From an uncultured Gemmatimonadota bacterium (GTDB lineage: Bacteria; JAAXHH01), in NCBI GenBank assembly GCA_951812955.1, contig OX638340.1:2464001-2528000 (forward strand): a DNA stretch of 64,000 nucleotides, written 5' to 3'. The notes beneath the pieces were generated by a model. That model worked only from the letters and a program-made list of their open reading frames with translations. It was not told the DNA's origin and made no database searches. This document shows, one piece after another, positions 34,001-45,628 of this stretch. The position numbers and the translations under genes are program-made. Each line of letters begins with the position of its first letter. Position 1 is the first letter of the stretch.

Positions 34001-35923
34001 GTGGGTGGAATTGATCAGCTGACAAAGGTCGAAGTCCTCGTCATCGGCGGCGGTCACGCGGGATGTGAAGCCGCGCTGGCGTCGGCCAGAATGGGCGTGG
34101 AAACTGCGCTCGTTACGCTCGACGCCTCGAAGATCGGACAGATGTCCTGCAATCCCTCCATCGGCGGCCTGGGCAAGGGCCAACTGGTGCGGGAGGTGGA
34201 CGCGCTCGGAGGGGAGATGGGCAAGGCCGCGGACGCGACGGCCGTTCAGGTCAAGATGCTGAACACGCGCAAGGGACCGGCCGTCCAATCCCTGAGATCA
34301 CAGAATGACCGGGTCGCTTACAGGGATTACATGCAGCGGGTCATTGGGGAGACGCAAAACCTGACGGTAGTGGAAGGTGAGGTATCGCAGCTGGAAGTCA
34401 ACCGAAGCCGCATTGCGGGAGTCTGGACTAGCGACGGCCGTAGCATCTCATGCCGGGCCGTAATCGTCGCTTCCGGCACATTTCTGAACGGGGTCATGCA
34501 TCGGGGTGCGAGCAACGCGCCCGGAGGACGCCTGGGTGAAAAAGCGGCAACCGAACTGTCGGATTCCCTGCGCGACCTCGGGTTCAATATCGGCAGGCTG
34601 AAGACCGGAACACCACCTAGAATTGATGGTAACACCATAGATTACAGCAAGTTGGATATAATACCAGGCGACGAGTTCCCCGAACATTTCTCCCAGGAAA
34701 GACTTTCACCTGCCGATGAACAACTGCCGTGTTACCAGACGTTTACGAACGTCCGAACCCACGAAATAATCCGGTCCGCCCTGGATCAGTCTCCCATGTT
34801 CTCTGGACGGATAACTGGCCGCGGTCCCAGGTACTGTCCGTCGGTAGAGGACAAGATCGTGCGCTTCCCGGACAGGGATAGTCACCAGATCATACTGGAA
34901 CCTGAGGGATGGAACACCGACGAGGTATATGTAAACGGATTCTCCACCAGCCTGCCGGAACCGATCCAGGATCTCGCGCTGCACACGGTAAAAGGCCTGG
35001 AAAAGGCGGAGATCGTCCAGTTCGGATACGCCGTAGAATACGATTTCATTCCACCGGAAAACCTGACCCGGACTCTTGAAACGCGCCAGGTCGCCGGCCT
35101 GTTCCTTGCGGGACAGATCAATGGAACAACGGGATATGAAGAAGCCGCGGCACAAGGGATTTTCGCTGGCATTAACGCCGCATTGGCGGTACGGAAACGT
35201 CCCGGGTTTACCCTTGACAGGGGTGAGGCTTATATCGGTGTGATGATAGACGATCTCATCACAAAAGGTGCGGACGAACCCTACCGGATGTTCACTTCAC
35301 GTGCCGAATACCGGTTGCTGCTGAGGCATGACAACGCGGACATGCGATTATCGGATCGTGCTTTCGAAGTCGGAGTGATCTCAAAAGAACGTCACGAAAC
35401 CACGGTCCGCCGGAGACGGTTGGTGGAAGGGGAAACAGAACGGCTGAAACGGATATTTGTAGCCCCGGACGCCATAAACGGCATACTGAAGGCCAGGTCC
35501 TCGATGCCGGTCACGGAACCGATGTCGTTGCACAAGCTATTGTCCCGCCCCGAGATACAATACACGGATCTGTATCCCGTGGACCCTGCACCAATGGACC
35601 ACGAGCCATCGGTCATCGGGCAGATACAGACTGCGGTCAAATACGCGGGGTACCTGGACCGCCAGAAAAAAGAGATTGAACGCATGCGGACCTGGGAATC
35701 CCGTGGGATCCCTTCTGACTTTGATTACGCATCGATCCGGGCCATGTCACACGAGGCGCGAGAAAAACTGACTGAAATCAGACCAGCAAACGTGGGACAG
35801 GCGTCTAGAATACCTGGCGTGACGCCGGCTGATCTGTCCATTCTTGTTGTGCATCTGGAACGCCGAAATTCAGTTCGCCGCAATGAAAAACAGGTGTTCC
35901 ACGTGGAACAATCGAAAACATGA
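34001..35923 (+). CDS. mnmG: tRNA uridine 5-carboxymethylaminomethyl modification enzyme MnmG (GidA)
   Basis: FAD motif [17 protein letters not shown]; 640 aa. Confidence 0.9.
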   Translation: MGGIDQLTKVEVLVIGGGHAGCEAALASARMGVETALVTLDASKIGQMSCNPSIGGLGKGQLVREVDALGGEMGKAADATAVQVKMLNTRKGPAVQSLRSQNDRVAYRDYMQRVIGETQNLTVVEGEVSQLEVNRSRIAGVWTSDGRSISCRAVIVASGTFLNGVMHRGASNAPGGRLGEKAATELSDSLRDLGFNIGRLKTGTPPRIDGNTIDYSKLDIIPGDEFPEHFSQERLSPADEQLPCYQTFTNVRTHEIIRSALDQSPMFSGRITGRGPRYCPSVEDKIVRFPDRDSHQIILEPEGWNTDEVYVNGFSTSLPEPIQDLALHTVKGLEKAEIVQFGYAVEYDFIPPENLTRTLETRQVAGLFLAGQINGTTGYEEAAAQGIFAGINAALAVRKRPGFTLDRGEAYIGVMIDDLITKGADEPYRMFTSRAEYRLLLRHDNADMRLSDRAFEVGVISKERHETTVRRRRLVEGETERLKRIFVAPDAINGILKARSSMPVTEPMSLHKLLSRPEIQYTDLYPVDPAPMDHEPSVIGQIQTAVKYAGYLDRQKKEIERMRTWESRGIPSDFDYASIRAMSHEAREKLTEIRPANVGQASRIPGVTPADLSILVVHLERRNSVRRNEKQVFHVEQSKT

Positions 35924-35924
35924 A

Positions 35925-36581
35925 ATGGAAACACTCGAGCCATTTGCGCTGCGCATCGAAGAGTTGGGACATCGCCTGGACGCCCGTCAAATAGAGGCAT
36001 TCGAACGGTACCTGGCAGAGATTCGGCGCGTAAACAGTCAGCTCAATCTCGTATCCCATAACGATCTGCAACGGATTCCGACAAGACACTTCCTCGATTC
36101 GGTCATACCCTCCCTGAAGGGCATCTTGCCCCTGGATGATACGATCATCGACATAGGTAGCGGAGGTGGTTTTCCAGGGATTCCTCTTGGCATCCTACTT
36201 CCGGACACATCCTTCTTGCTGGTCGAATCGAATCAGAAAAAGAGTACTTTTCTTCGACAGGTGAGGCGCGTTCTCTCGCTGAATAATGTCAACGTGTGCA
36301 ACGCCCGCATAGAAAATCTGCCGGAATTCGTTAAAGATAGATTGTATGACGGCGCGGTAGCGAGGGCCGTTGGTTCAATAGGTCAACTGGCAGGATGGTG
36401 CGGAGGCGTGCTGAAACCGGGTGGAAAGCTGATTTGTTACAAGGGTCCAGATCCGGAAGTAGAGATCGAGTCAGCCGGGAACGTCTTGGAAGCGGAGGGT
36501 ATGGTCTGGGAAGGAACACATTCATACGACGAAAGTCGCCGTGATTCGCCTACCCTCGTCGTGTTGAGAAAAACAGAATAA
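35925..36581 (+). CDS. rsmG: 16S rRNA (guanine527-N7)-methyltransferase RsmG (GidB)
   Basis: SAM motif IIDIGSGGGFPGIPL; start ATG 1 nt after the mnmG stop. Confidence 0.85.
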   Translation: METLEPFALRIEELGHRLDARQIEAFERYLAEIRRVNSQLNLVSHNDLQRIPTRHFLDSVIPSLKGILPLDDTIIDIGSGGGFPGIPLGILLPDTSFLLVESNQKKSTFLRQVRRVLSLNNVNVCNARIENLPEFVKDRLYDGAVARAVGSIGQLAGWCGGVLKPGGKLICYKGPDPEVEIESAGNVLEAEGMVWEGTHSYDESRRDSPTLVVLRKTE

Positions 36582-36762
36582 AGGTTGATCGTTAGTCAGG
36601 GCAACATCTGGTGAAGTCAAAAACCAGCCGTAAGGTGATAATTACCACCGATTAAACAGCCTACCTCACTGCCGATTGGGCAGCGGTGACAAAAAACGCG
36701 TATACATAATAATATACGGGCTTTCGGCAGTGTTTCATACAACAATATAACTAAGTGTAATA

Positions 36763-38004
36763 TCAGTAGTTACGATCAGTAAACAACCCGCTGTAACCAC
36801 CGAGCAACATGACCTCTATTTCCTGGCCTGTCTTCATGTATTCCTGGTCTTCATGGCTGACGGCCAATCCATCCGCAATGGACATGGACCTTAGAATGCC
36901 TGAGCCCTGCGCACCGGTACGCGAAGCGAAATAAATGTCGCCTCGCTTACGGAGGGTAACGCGTATGAACTGCTTTCGTCCAAGCGATTTAGTGATGTCT
37001 TCCAACAATCGGGCCTTGATTGTGGGACGATAGATGTGGGTGTAGCCTTGCATCTTGAGCAGGGCGGGTCGCATGAACAGTTCGAAAGTGACCATGGAAG
37101 CTACGGGGTTGCCCGGCAGGCCGAATACTATGGTATCTTCGATCGCGCCGAAGGCGAGTGGTCGCCCCGGCGTCATGGATACCTTCCAGAATGCCATGGA
37201 GGTGCCGACGGCCTCGAGGGCGGCCTTGACGTAGTCGTATTCTCCCACGGAAACCCCGCCCGAAGTAATGATCGCGTCCGCCACGAGTCCGTCGCGCAGT
37301 ACCCGTTCAAGCTCTTCCTGTGTATCCGGACAGATACCCAAACGCAAGGGGATGCCGCCGGCATCCGCCACCAGTGCGGAAAGGGCGTATCCGTTGCTGT
37401 CCACGATCTTGCCGTCTTCGAGCGGTTCATCCACGTCGACGATCTCATCGCCGGTGGATAGCACGGCGACCCTGGGGCGGCGGTAGACCGACACGTGGGA
37501 GCGATTGGTAGAGGCGAACAGACCGACCTCGGCCGGCCGGATCAGCATCCCGGAAGGGATGATGAGGTCTCCTTCGCGGATGTCTTCGCCTATCCTGCGG
37601 AGATCCGTTCCGGATTCCACGGGCTGGAGAATGCGCACGCGCCGCTCATCGATCCGTAATGTGCGCTCGGCGCGAACGATGGTATCCGCGCCATCGGGCA
37701 CCGGCGCGCCGGTCATGATATGTATGGCCTGTCCCGGTCCGACGGTGTGTTTCGCCACGTATCCGGCGGGCAGATCCTCAACGATCTCCAGTTCCGCCGG
37801 GGAATCCGGCGACGCGGGCACCGTATCCGCGGCCCGGACCGCGTAGCCGTCCATGGCCGAATTGTCCCAGGGTGGCTGGTTCCTCGTGGCGTGGACGTCT
37901 TCGGCAAGCACCCGGCCGAGGCCCGACGCGATATCGACTCTCTCCGCGCCGAGGGGCCGGATCCGGTTCAGTATGGCATCGCGGGCTTCGATCACTGAGA
38001 TCAT
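36763..38004 (-). CDS. moeA: molybdopterin molybdotransferase MoeA
   Basis: MoeA N, MoCF-biosynthesis and C-terminal domains. Confidence 0.85.
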   Translation of the reverse strand: MISVIEARDAILNRIRPLGAERVDIASGLGRVLAEDVHATRNQPPWDNSAMDGYAVRAADTVPASPDSPAELEIVEDLPAGYVAKHTVGPGQAIHIMTGAPVPDGADTIVRAERTLRIDERRVRILQPVESGTDLRRIGEDIREGDLIIPSGMLIRPAEVGLFASTNRSHVSVYRRPRVAVLSTGDEIVDVDEPLEDGKIVDSNGYALSALVADAGGIPLRLGICPDTQEELERVLRDGLVADAIITSGGVSVGEYDYVKAALEAVGTSMAFWKVSMTPGRPLAFGAIEDTIVFGLPGNPVASMVTFELFMRPALLKMQGYTHIYRPTIKARLLEDITKSLGRKQFIRVTLRKRGDIYFASRTGAQGSGILRSMSIADGLAVSHEDQEYMKTGQEIEVMLLGGYSGLFTDRNY

Positions 38005-38014
38005 CGCGGATTCC

Positions 38015-39277
38015 TCACGATACGGCCTGGTCAGCCGCGCCCATCAGCAGCACGGAAACCTCGGCTCCTCGTGAAATGGACGTCACGCCCGTTTCCACGA
38101 TGACGAGCCCGTTGGTCCCGGTCATGGAACTGAGCATGCCCGAGCCCTGGCCCGCGACTGTCGAGGCGTGAAACCGGCCGCCGGTACAGGAGATCCTGGC
38201 GCGGAGATAGTGCCGCCGGTCCCCGCCTGCCGTCAGGTCGTTCTCGAGTTCCGCCTGAACCGTAGGCAAGCGCCAGTCATGGGGGCCATAGCCCATCATC
38301 TTGCGCATGGCAGGCCGTGCGAAAAGGAGGAAAGAGACCATGCACGAAACGGGATTTCCCGGCAGGCCGAAAAACGGTTTCCCTTGAAGCAGCCCATAGG
38401 CCAGGGGCTTCCCTGGCTTCATCTTCACCCGCCAGAACCTCATATCCGCGCCGAGGTCTTCCAGTACTTTCTTCACGTAATCGTAGTCACCTACGGATAC
38501 GCCGCCGGTCGAAAGGACCACATCCGCGCTCAGGGCAGACCGTATGGCCGCTGCGATCTCTGACTCGCTGTCCCCGGCGATGCCCAGGTTGACGGGCATG
38601 CCGTTGCATTCCCGCACGAGCGCGGACAGGGAATAGCTGTTGCTGTTGACGATCTTTCCCGGTTCGAGCCGTTCGTCGATTTCGACCACCTCGTCGCCCG
38701 TGGAAAGCACGGCCACGACCGGGCGCCTGCGAACCGAGACCTGGGACCTTTGGAAGGCCGCCAGGAGACCGATCTCGCCGGGGCCGATTTCAGCGCCGTC
38801 GAACAGGACTCGCTGCCCCTGCCTTACGTCTTCACCCCGGTAGCGTACGTTCTGGCCCGGCCTGACCGCCTTGAGCACCTCGACACCTTCCTCGTTCTGC
38901 CTGGTGTTCTCCACCATGACGACGGCGTCTGCGCCTTCGGGGAGGAAGGCGCCGGTCATGATGCGCGAAGCTTTGCCGGGACCTATCCGTACGGCGGGTA
39001 CGGTTCCGGCCGGAATCTCTTCGAGGACCTCGAGATGGCAGGGGGTATCCGCTGATGACCCGGTCGTGTCCGCGGCCCATACGGCATAGCCGTCGACGGA
39101 AGAATTGTCGTGGGGCGGCACGTCGAACCTCGGCGCAACGTCCTCGGCGAGCACACGGCCCTGACTCTCGGACAGTGGTACGCGTTCGATTCCCGAGACG
39201 GAGACCGAGTCCAGCACGATCTCCTGGGCTTCCTCCACCGTAAGCATCCGATCCGCAGTCATGAATCCATCCTTCAA
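38015..39277 (-). CDS. molybdopterin molybdotransferase MoeA paralog
   Basis: second full-length MoeA-family protein 10 nt upstream of the first. Confidence 0.85.
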   Translation of the reverse strand: MKDGFMTADRMLTVEEAQEIVLDSVSVSGIERVPLSESQGRVLAEDVAPRFDVPPHDNSSVDGYAVWAADTTGSSADTPCHLEVLEEIPAGTVPAVRIGPGKASRIMTGAFLPEGADAVVMVENTRQNEEGVEVLKAVRPGQNVRYRGEDVRQGQRVLFDGAEIGPGEIGLLAAFQRSQVSVRRRPVVAVLSTGDEVVEIDERLEPGKIVNSNSYSLSALVRECNGMPVNLGIAGDSESEIAAAIRSALSADVVLSTGGVSVGDYDYVKKVLEDLGADMRFWRVKMKPGKPLAYGLLQGKPFFGLPGNPVSCMVSFLLFARPAMRKMMGYGPHDWRLPTVQAELENDLTAGGDRRHYLRARISCTGGRFHASTVAGQGSGMLSSMTGTNGLVIVETGVTSISRGAEVSVLLMGAADQAVS

Positions 39278-39292
39278 GGTCTGCAGTACGAC

Positions 39293-41002
39293 TTACCTGC
39301 CGCTGGTTCTCGCCATGAACGCTTCGATGTCTTCGATCGACCTGGGTACGCCGTCCGACAGTACCCGGTGTCCGTCTTCGGTCACCAGCACGTCGTCTTC
39401 GATGCGCACGCCGATATTCCTGTATCGCTCGAAAGCGGGGCGGATCGCCTCGATCAGCGCGTTATTCCGGGGGGTGTCTTCAAGGTTTTCGAGCGTGTCC
39501 TCCCGGATGTAGATGCCGGGTTCCACCGTGATAACCATGCCTGGCCTGAAGGGCATGTCCCTTCCGCCGACGTCATGGACGTCCAGGCCCAGCCAGTGGC
39601 TGGTGCCGTGCATGAACCACATGCGATACTGGTTTCCCGACGCATCTTTAATCAGGCCCAGCTTCAGGAGCCCGTCCGCGACCGCCTTCCGCGCCGTTTC
39701 ATGCACCCTTCGTATGGTCATGCCGGGCCGGACCGCGGCCATGGCGCGGGCATGGGCATCGAGAACGACATCGTACACTTCACGCTGCGCTTCCGTGAAG
39801 ACCCCGCCGACCGGAAACGTCCGGGTGACGTCGGCCGTGTAGTTTCCAACGGCCGCGCCGATATCGGCCAGGACGAGCTCGCCCTTCGTGATTTCACGGT
39901 TGTTCTCTTCGTAGTGTAACGTCGTCGCGTTGGGACCCGAGGCCACGATGGATGGAAATCCCCAGCGCGCGCCGTGACCGCGATAGGTTGCAAGAATGAT
40001 GCCGTCGAGTACGGATTCGTTCAGCGGTTCCGCGGTGCTGGCCGCCTTGCGCATGATGGCCCGTTGCGCCAGGCAGGTAATGTCGATGGCCCGTTGCAGC
40101 CGCCGGAGTTCCCAGGGCGACTTGACGACGCGCTGGTCCCGGAAGAGGCCGGACGCCAACCGCACCTGTACGGCGGGAAATCGAGCGGCTTCCGAGGCGA
40201 ATTGCACGGCCTGGGGATACCGGGTCCCGAACCTGGACTGCGCGTCGGCCAGCAACCAGACTTGCACGGGTTTACCGCGCTCGATGGATTCGGACGTGAC
40301 CTGGTAATCACGCGCGTCGCCGGAGGGACGTTTTTCATACGTGGATCCGCCGAGGATGGCCTCGACAAAGGCTTCGAATTCTTCAATCGGCCATACATGC
40401 TCGATCCCGGTCATGCGCCGGGCTTCATCTACGCCGATCATGTGGCCGGTCCAGATTTCCCGCGCGGGGTCGCGCCTGGGGAGAAAGAGGATTTCCTTCT
40501 GGCTTCTATTATCGGGCAGCAGTACGAGCGCGGCGCCGGGCTGGCTGATGCCGGTCAGGTAGAACAGGTTGCTTTCCTGGCGGTAGGGATAGTTGACGTC
40601 GTTGCTGAATACCTTGGGTTCCGTCCCGAACAGGATCATGATCCCGCTGCCCATACCCTTGAGTATCCGGGCCCGCCGTTCCGCCAGTTCCTCCGCCGGC
40701 GCCGGTCCGGCGTCCTCCGTGATCGACACGGTCTCCAGCTGGGCTGCGGCCGGGGAAGCCGGCGCTGCTCCATAGAGGACCGCGATCCAGAGTGCGGCGG
40801 AAAAGGCCGCGCGAAAAGCGGTGGAAAAGGCCATCCGCATGGAAAAGACCGCGCGAAAAGCGGCAGAAGAGGCCATCCAGGTCGTAGCGGAAAAGTCCGC
40901 GCACCACGCGGTGGCGGCCGTGAAATAACCCGTCGCACTTCGTCGCTTCATGGGTCGTCGTCCTGTGGAATCGTTTGTGTCGTACGCGTCGTATGTGTTC
41001 AA
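39293..41002 (-). CDS. pepP: Xaa-Pro aminopeptidase (M24B, PepP-like) with a long repeat-containing N-terminal leader (alternative start MKRRSATGY at 40951)
   Basis: M24 metal ligands (HGTSHWLGLDVHD...); AMP_N domain; ATGA overlap with the argJ stop if the start is at 41002. Confidence 0.75.
   Translation of the reverse strand: MNTYDAYDTNDSTGRRPMKRRSATGYFTAATAWCADFSATTWMASSAAFRAVFSMRMAFSTAFRAAFSAALWIAVLYGAAPASPAAAQLETVSITEDAGPAPAEELAERRARILKGMGSGIMILFGTEPKVFSNDVNYPYRQESNLFYLTGISQPGAALVLLPDNRSQKEILFLPRRDPAREIWTGHMIGVDEARRMTGIEHVWPIEEFEAFVEAILGGSTYEKRPSGDARDYQVTSESIERGKPVQVWLLADAQSRFGTRYPQAVQFASEAARFPAVQVRLASGLFRDQRVVKSPWELRRLQRAIDITCLAQRAIMRKAASTAEPLNESVLDGIILATYRGHGARWGFPSIVASGPNATTLHYEENNREITKGELVLADIGAAVGNYTADVTRTFPVGGVFTEAQREVYDVVLDAHARAMAAVRPGMTIRRVHETARKAVADGLLKLGLIKDASGNQYRMWFMHGTSHWLGLDVHDVGGRDMPFRPGMVITVEPGIYIREDTLENLEDTPRNNALIEAIRPAFERYRNIGVRIEDDVLVTEDGHRVLSDGVPRSIEDIEAFMARTSGR
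40799..40919. repeat. 42-nt (2x21-nt) tandem repeat, about 2.9 copies, encoding AFRAAFS-type heptads in the pepP N-terminus
   Basis: ggaaaaggccgcgcgaaaagcggtggaaaaggccatccgcat followed by ggaaaagaccgcgcgaaaagcggcagaagaggccatccaggt and a partial third unit. Confidence 0.55.
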
Positions 41003-42216
41003 GTGGTGTATTCCGCGTTCACGGTCACGTATTCATGGGACATGTCGCAGGTCCATACCGTGGCCGCGCCGTCTCCCAGTTTGAGATCGATTTCGACCGG
41101 AATTTCCCCGGCGGAGAGCGCTTCCCGCATGGCCGGTTCGTCGAGGGTGAGCCCCCGGCCATCCTGCGTCAGCTGGTGACCGCACAGGAACAGGTCGATG
41201 GCGTCGGGGTCCGTTTCGGCGTCCGCGTAGCCGACGGCGCAGAGGATCCTGCCCCAGTTCGGATCGTGGCCGTAAATGGCTGTCTTCACGAGCGCGGAGT
41301 TCGCCACGCTCATGCCGATCGTCCGGGCGTCCTCGTCCGTCCGGGCTCCCTGCACGCGTATCTCCACGAGTTTCGTCGCCCCTTCGCCGTCCCGCGCGAT
41401 CTTCTTGGCCAGGTCGGTGCAGACGTGCTCCAGCGCTTCGGCGAACCGCTCGTAGGCGTCCCCGTCGGGCCGCGTGATTACCGGGTTTTCCGCGGCGCCG
41501 TTGGCCAGGATGAACACGGTGTCGTTCGTGCTCATGTCGCCGTCGACGGTGATGCAGTTGAAGGACTTCCCGGCGGCCCGGCGCAGGGCCGACTGGAGGG
41601 CCCCCGGCGCGATGGCGGCGTCCGTCGTGATCAACCCGATCATCGTGGCCATGTTCGGGCAGATCATGCCCGCGCCCTTGGCGATTCCGCCGACCACCAC
41701 GGCCGACCCTTCGAGATCGCACCACACCGCGCAGGATTTGGGGACCGTGTCAGTCGTCATGATTGAATCGGCGGCGTCCCGGTCCGAACCCAGCCGTTGC
41801 CGGTCCAGCGCTTCCCGGATGCCGTCGCGGATTATGTCCATGGGCAGGGGACGTCCGATCACCCCGGTGGAGGCGACGAGGATCTCGCTTGCGGGCACGG
41901 ACAGACCGCCGGCGACCAGGCCGGCCATCTCCCGGGCGTCCGCCATGCCGGCCTCCCCGTTGCACGCGTTCGCGTTGCCGCTGTTTGCCACTACGGCCCG
42001 CGCCATGCCGGTCTGCAGATGGTCCCTGGACAGGATCACCGGCGCGGCCTGCACCCGGTTCGTGGTAAATACGCCCGCCGCGGAGGCGGTACCGCCCGCG
42101 TCGATCAAAACCAGGTCCTTGCGGCTGCCCTTCGGACTGTTGATGCCGCAACTCGCTGTGTTGGCCAGGAATCCCTTCGGCGCCAGCACGCCCCCGTCTA
42201 CCGTTTGCATAGTCAA
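40999..42216 (-). CDS. argJ: bifunctional glutamate N-acetyltransferase / amino-acid acetyltransferase ArgJ
   Basis: ArgJ family throughout; autoprocessing region present; C-terminus VNAEYTT. Confidence 0.9.
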   Translation of the reverse strand: MTMQTVDGGVLAPKGFLANTASCGINSPKGSRKDLVLIDAGGTASAAGVFTTNRVQAAPVILSRDHLQTGMARAVVANSGNANACNGEAGMADAREMAGLVAGGLSVPASEILVASTGVIGRPLPMDIIRDGIREALDRQRLGSDRDAADSIMTTDTVPKSCAVWCDLEGSAVVVGGIAKGAGMICPNMATMIGLITTDAAIAPGALQSALRRAAGKSFNCITVDGDMSTNDTVFILANGAAENPVITRPDGDAYERFAEALEHVCTDLAKKIARDGEGATKLVEIRVQGARTDEDARTIGMSVANSALVKTAIYGHDPNWGRILCAVGYADAETDPDAIDLFLCGHQLTQDGRGLTLDEPAMREALSAGEIPVEIDLKLGDGAATVWTCDMSHEYVTVNAEYTT

Positions 42217-45200
42217 GCCCTCGCTTCTCTCAATATCTCATGCCATTCCTGCAGGCTCTTCACGGAAATCTCGCTGCCCTCGTTCTTGAGCGCCTGGATG
42301 GCCTTGACCGCGGACCAGGCCCCCGATAGTGTGGTGATGCACGGGATGTTCTGCTCGATGGCGGCGCGTCGGATCATGTAGTCGTCGTCCCGCGCGCTTT
42401 TGCCCAGGGGCGTGTTGATGATGAGCTGGATGTCATTGCGGCGGATGTGGTCCACGATGTGCGGTTCGCCCTCCCAGACCTTGTTGACCTGGATGACTGT
42501 CAGGCCGGCGTCTTCCAGTGTCTGTCCGGTCCCGCTCGTCGCCATGATCGTGAAACCCAGGCCGGCGAGTTCGCGGGCGATATCGATAACGTTCTCATGA
42601 TCGAAGGCGTTGACGCTGACCAGGACGGTGCCGGACAGGGGCAGGGAGCCGCCCGCCGCGCTCTGTCCCTTTGCGAAGGCGATGCCCGGTTCCTCGTAGA
42701 TGCCCATTACCTCGCCGGTGGACTTCATCTCGGGCCCGAGCAGGCTGTCCGATCCCGCGAATTTGACGAAGGGCAGCACGACCTCCTTCACCGAGGCGTA
42801 GGGCGGGATGATCTCGTCGGTGAAGCCGAGTTCGCGCAATGTCTTCCCGGCCATGACCCGCGCCGCGAGCTGGGCCAGCGGGACGCCGATGGCCTTGGAC
42901 ACGAAAGGAATCGTCCGCGATGCGCGCGGATTGACTTCCAGCACGTAGACTACGTCGTTCTTGATGGCGTATTGCACGTTTATCAGGCCGACGACCTTGA
43001 GGCTTCGGGCCAGTGCGTGGGTGTAGGATCTCATCGTGTCGATGTGCATCGGCTTGACCATGTAGGGCGGAAGCACGCAGGCGCTGTCCCCGGAATGGAT
43101 GCCCGCTTCTTCGATGTGTTCCATGATCCCGCCCAGGACGACGTCCGTACCGTCGGAGATGGCGTCCACGTCGTATTCGAAGGCGTCCTCGAGGAACTTG
43201 TCGATGAGGATGGGATGTTCGGGGGACACGTGAACGGCGGTCCGCATGTAGTTCTTCAGGGAGTCGTCGTCGTAGACCAGGGCCATGTTGCGGCCACCGA
43301 GGACGTAGGAAGGCCGCACCAGCACCGGGTATCCGATCTCGCTCGCCACCCCGAGGGCCTCTTCGAATGAAAAGACCGTGCCGTGGGGCGGATGGGGGAT
43401 GCCCAGCTCCGTCGTCAGGGCGCCGAACCGCTTGCGGTCCTCGGCCAGGTCGATGCTGTCCGGCGAGGTGCCGATGACCGGGACGCCCGCGCGCTCCAGC
43501 GGCAGGGCCAGCTTGAGGGGCGTTTGTCCGCCGAACTGGACGATCACGCCGTCCGGTTTTTCGGTTTCGATTACGTTCATCACGTCTTCGAAGGTCAGGG
43601 GCTCGAAGAACAGCCGGTCCGAGATGTCGTAATCGGTGCTCACAGTCTCCGGATTGCTGTTGACCATGATCGTTTCGTACCCGTCCTCCTTCAGCGCCAT
43701 GACCGCCTGCACGCAACAGTAGTCGAACTCGATCCCCTGGCCGATGCGGTTTGGCCCGCCGCCCAGGATCATGATCGTCTTCCGCGTCTTAGGCCGGGTC
43801 TCGTTCTCGGTCTCGTAGGTCGAATAGTAGTAGGGCGTCATGGCCTCGAACTCGGCCGCGCAGGTGTCCACGGTCTTGAACACCGCGTCCACGCGCGCCT
43901 CCATGCGAAGGTTCCGTACCGCCCGTTCGTCGCTGCCGGTCAGGTAAGCGATCTGCACGTCGGAGAACCCGGCCTGCTTGGCCTTGTACAGCAGGTTCCG
44001 CGGCATGGATCCGTTCCGGTGCGCGCCGATTTCGCCCTCGAGTTCGACGATGTCCAGCAGGTTGTGGAGAAACCAGGGATCGACCCCCGTCAACCCATAG
44101 ATCTCTTCGATGGGCATGCCGAGCTGGAGGGCGGTCCTGATCTGGAAGATGCGCTCCGCCGTGGGCCGGGACATCTGTTCCCTGAGGTCGTTCAGCATGC
44201 CGTCCGCACGCCCCGCGGCCAGGCCGCCGGCGTCAACCTCGTCCTTCCCGTCCGCGCCGAGGCCGTGGCGGTCTATCTCCAGGCCACGGAGACCTTTCTG
44301 GACCGCTTCCTTGAACGTCCTGCCGATGGCCATGGTCTCGCCCACCGACTTCATCTGCGTACCGAGCTGTGTATCGGCGTTGGGGAATTTCTCGAAGGCC
44401 CAGCGCGGGATCTTCACCACCACGTAGTCGATCGTGGGTTCGAACGAAGCCGGCGTCTCCCGGGTGATGTCGTTGGGTATTTCGTCCAACGTGTACCCGA
44501 CGGCAAGCTTAGCGGCGATCTTGGCGATTGGGAAGCCCGTGGCCTTGGAAGCCAGGGCCGAACTGCGGGACACGCGGGGGTTCATTTCGATGGCCAGGAT
44601 GCGGCCGTTTTCGGGGCTGACGGCGAACTGGATGTTCGATCCGCCCGTCTCCACGCCGATTTCCCGGATCACCTTGATCGAGGCGTCCCGGAGCTCCTGG
44701 TATTCCTTGTCCGTGAGCGTCTGCGCGGGCGCGACCGTGATGCTGTCGCCGGTGTGTACGCCCATGGGGTCGAAGTTCTCGATGGAGCAGATGATCACCA
44801 CGTTGTCGGCTAGGTCCCGCATGACCTCGAGTTCGTATTCCTTCCAGCCGATGACCGATTCCTCGATCAGCACCTCGGTGATGGGGCTGGTGGACAGTCC
44901 CCATTCGACGGCCTCGGCGTATTCCGACTCGCTGCGGGCGATGCTTCCGCCCGCGCCGCCCAGGGTGAAGGCCGGACGGATGATGGCGGGGAACCCCGTG
45001 TCCTTCACCAGTTCCCACGCCTCGTCGACGGTCCGCGCGAAGCCTCCCCGGGGAACCTCCAGGCCGATGCGCCCCATGGCCTCCTGGAACAGCTCCCGGT
45101 CCTCCGCCATCTTGATGGCCTCGAGCTTGGCGCCGATTAGTTCGACTCCGTGGCGTTCCAGGACGCCCGATTCGGCGAGTTCGACGGCGACGTTAAGCGC

Positions 45201-45482
45201 CGTCTGCCCACCCAGCGTAGGCAACAGTACGTCGGGCCGCTCGCGCCGGATGATCTTTTCTACGTATTCCGCGGTGATGGGCTCGACGTAGGTCCGGTCC
45301 GCCATGTCCGGGTCCGTCATGATCGTGGCCGGATTGCTGTTGATCAGCACGACCCGGTAGCCCTCTTCCCGGAGCGCCCGGCAGGCCTGGGTGCCGGAAT
45401 AGTCGAATTCGCAGGCCTGTCCGATTACGATCGGACCGGAGCCGATGATCAGGATGGATTCGATGTCGGTGCGTTTAGGCAA
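42213..45482 (-). CDS. carB: carbamoyl-phosphate synthase large subunit
   Basis: 1089 aa; duplicated ATP-grasp halves plus an MGS-like domain. Confidence 0.95.
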   Translation of the reverse strand: MPKRTDIESILIIGSGPIVIGQACEFDYSGTQACRALREEGYRVVLINSNPATIMTDPDMADRTYVEPITAEYVEKIIRRERPDVLLPTLGGQTALNVAVELAESGVLERHGVELIGAKLEAIKMAEDRELFQEAMGRIGLEVPRGGFARTVDEAWELVKDTGFPAIIRPAFTLGGAGGSIARSESEYAEAVEWGLSTSPITEVLIEESVIGWKEYELEVMRDLADNVVIICSIENFDPMGVHTGDSITVAPAQTLTDKEYQELRDASIKVIREIGVETGGSNIQFAVSPENGRILAIEMNPRVSRSSALASKATGFPIAKIAAKLAVGYTLDEIPNDITRETPASFEPTIDYVVVKIPRWAFEKFPNADTQLGTQMKSVGETMAIGRTFKEAVQKGLRGLEIDRHGLGADGKDEVDAGGLAAGRADGMLNDLREQMSRPTAERIFQIRTALQLGMPIEEIYGLTGVDPWFLHNLLDIVELEGEIGAHRNGSMPRNLLYKAKQAGFSDVQIAYLTGSDERAVRNLRMEARVDAVFKTVDTCAAEFEAMTPYYYSTYETENETRPKTRKTIMILGGGPNRIGQGIEFDYCCVQAVMALKEDGYETIMVNSNPETVSTDYDISDRLFFEPLTFEDVMNVIETEKPDGVIVQFGGQTPLKLALPLERAGVPVIGTSPDSIDLAEDRKRFGALTTELGIPHPPHGTVFSFEEALGVASEIGYPVLVRPSYVLGGRNMALVYDDDSLKNYMRTAVHVSPEHPILIDKFLEDAFEYDVDAISDGTDVVLGGIMEHIEEAGIHSGDSACVLPPYMVKPMHIDTMRSYTHALARSLKVVGLINVQYAIKNDVVYVLEVNPRASRTIPFVSKAIGVPLAQLAARVMAGKTLRELGFTDEIIPPYASVKEVVLPFVKFAGSDSLLGPEMKSTGEVMGIYEEPGIAFAKGQSAAGGSLPLSGTVLVSVNAFDHENVIDIARELAGLGFTIMATSGTGQTLEDAGLTVIQVNKVWEGEPHIVDHIRRNDIQLIINTPLGKSARDDDYMIRRAAIEQNIPCITTLSGAWSAVKAIQALKNEGSEISVKSLQEWHEILREARA

Positions 45483-45628
45483 GATGGCCCTCGCGGGCGG
45501 CCGCGTCGCGGCTCGGGGATTTCATGTTTAAACAGTCAATGCAAATCGTTAGAATATATACGCGGGGAGCCGGCCCTGCAACGTTAAAACGGGAATGGGG
45601 CGCGCGTTTCAAGACGCCCCGCGGCATC

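Noticed and set aside
36582-36762. Possible bidirectional terminator between the convergent rsmG and moeA genes
   Set aside because: Only a weak 5-bp stem (CTGCC/GGCAG) without a proper U-tract in either orientation.
45483-45628. carB promoter and upstream-gene terminator in the AT-richer spacer
   Set aside because: A TTGACT -35-like hexamer is present on the minus strand but no acceptable -10 lies at 16-18 nt. The hairpin GGGGCG...CGCCCC has a poor U-tract.
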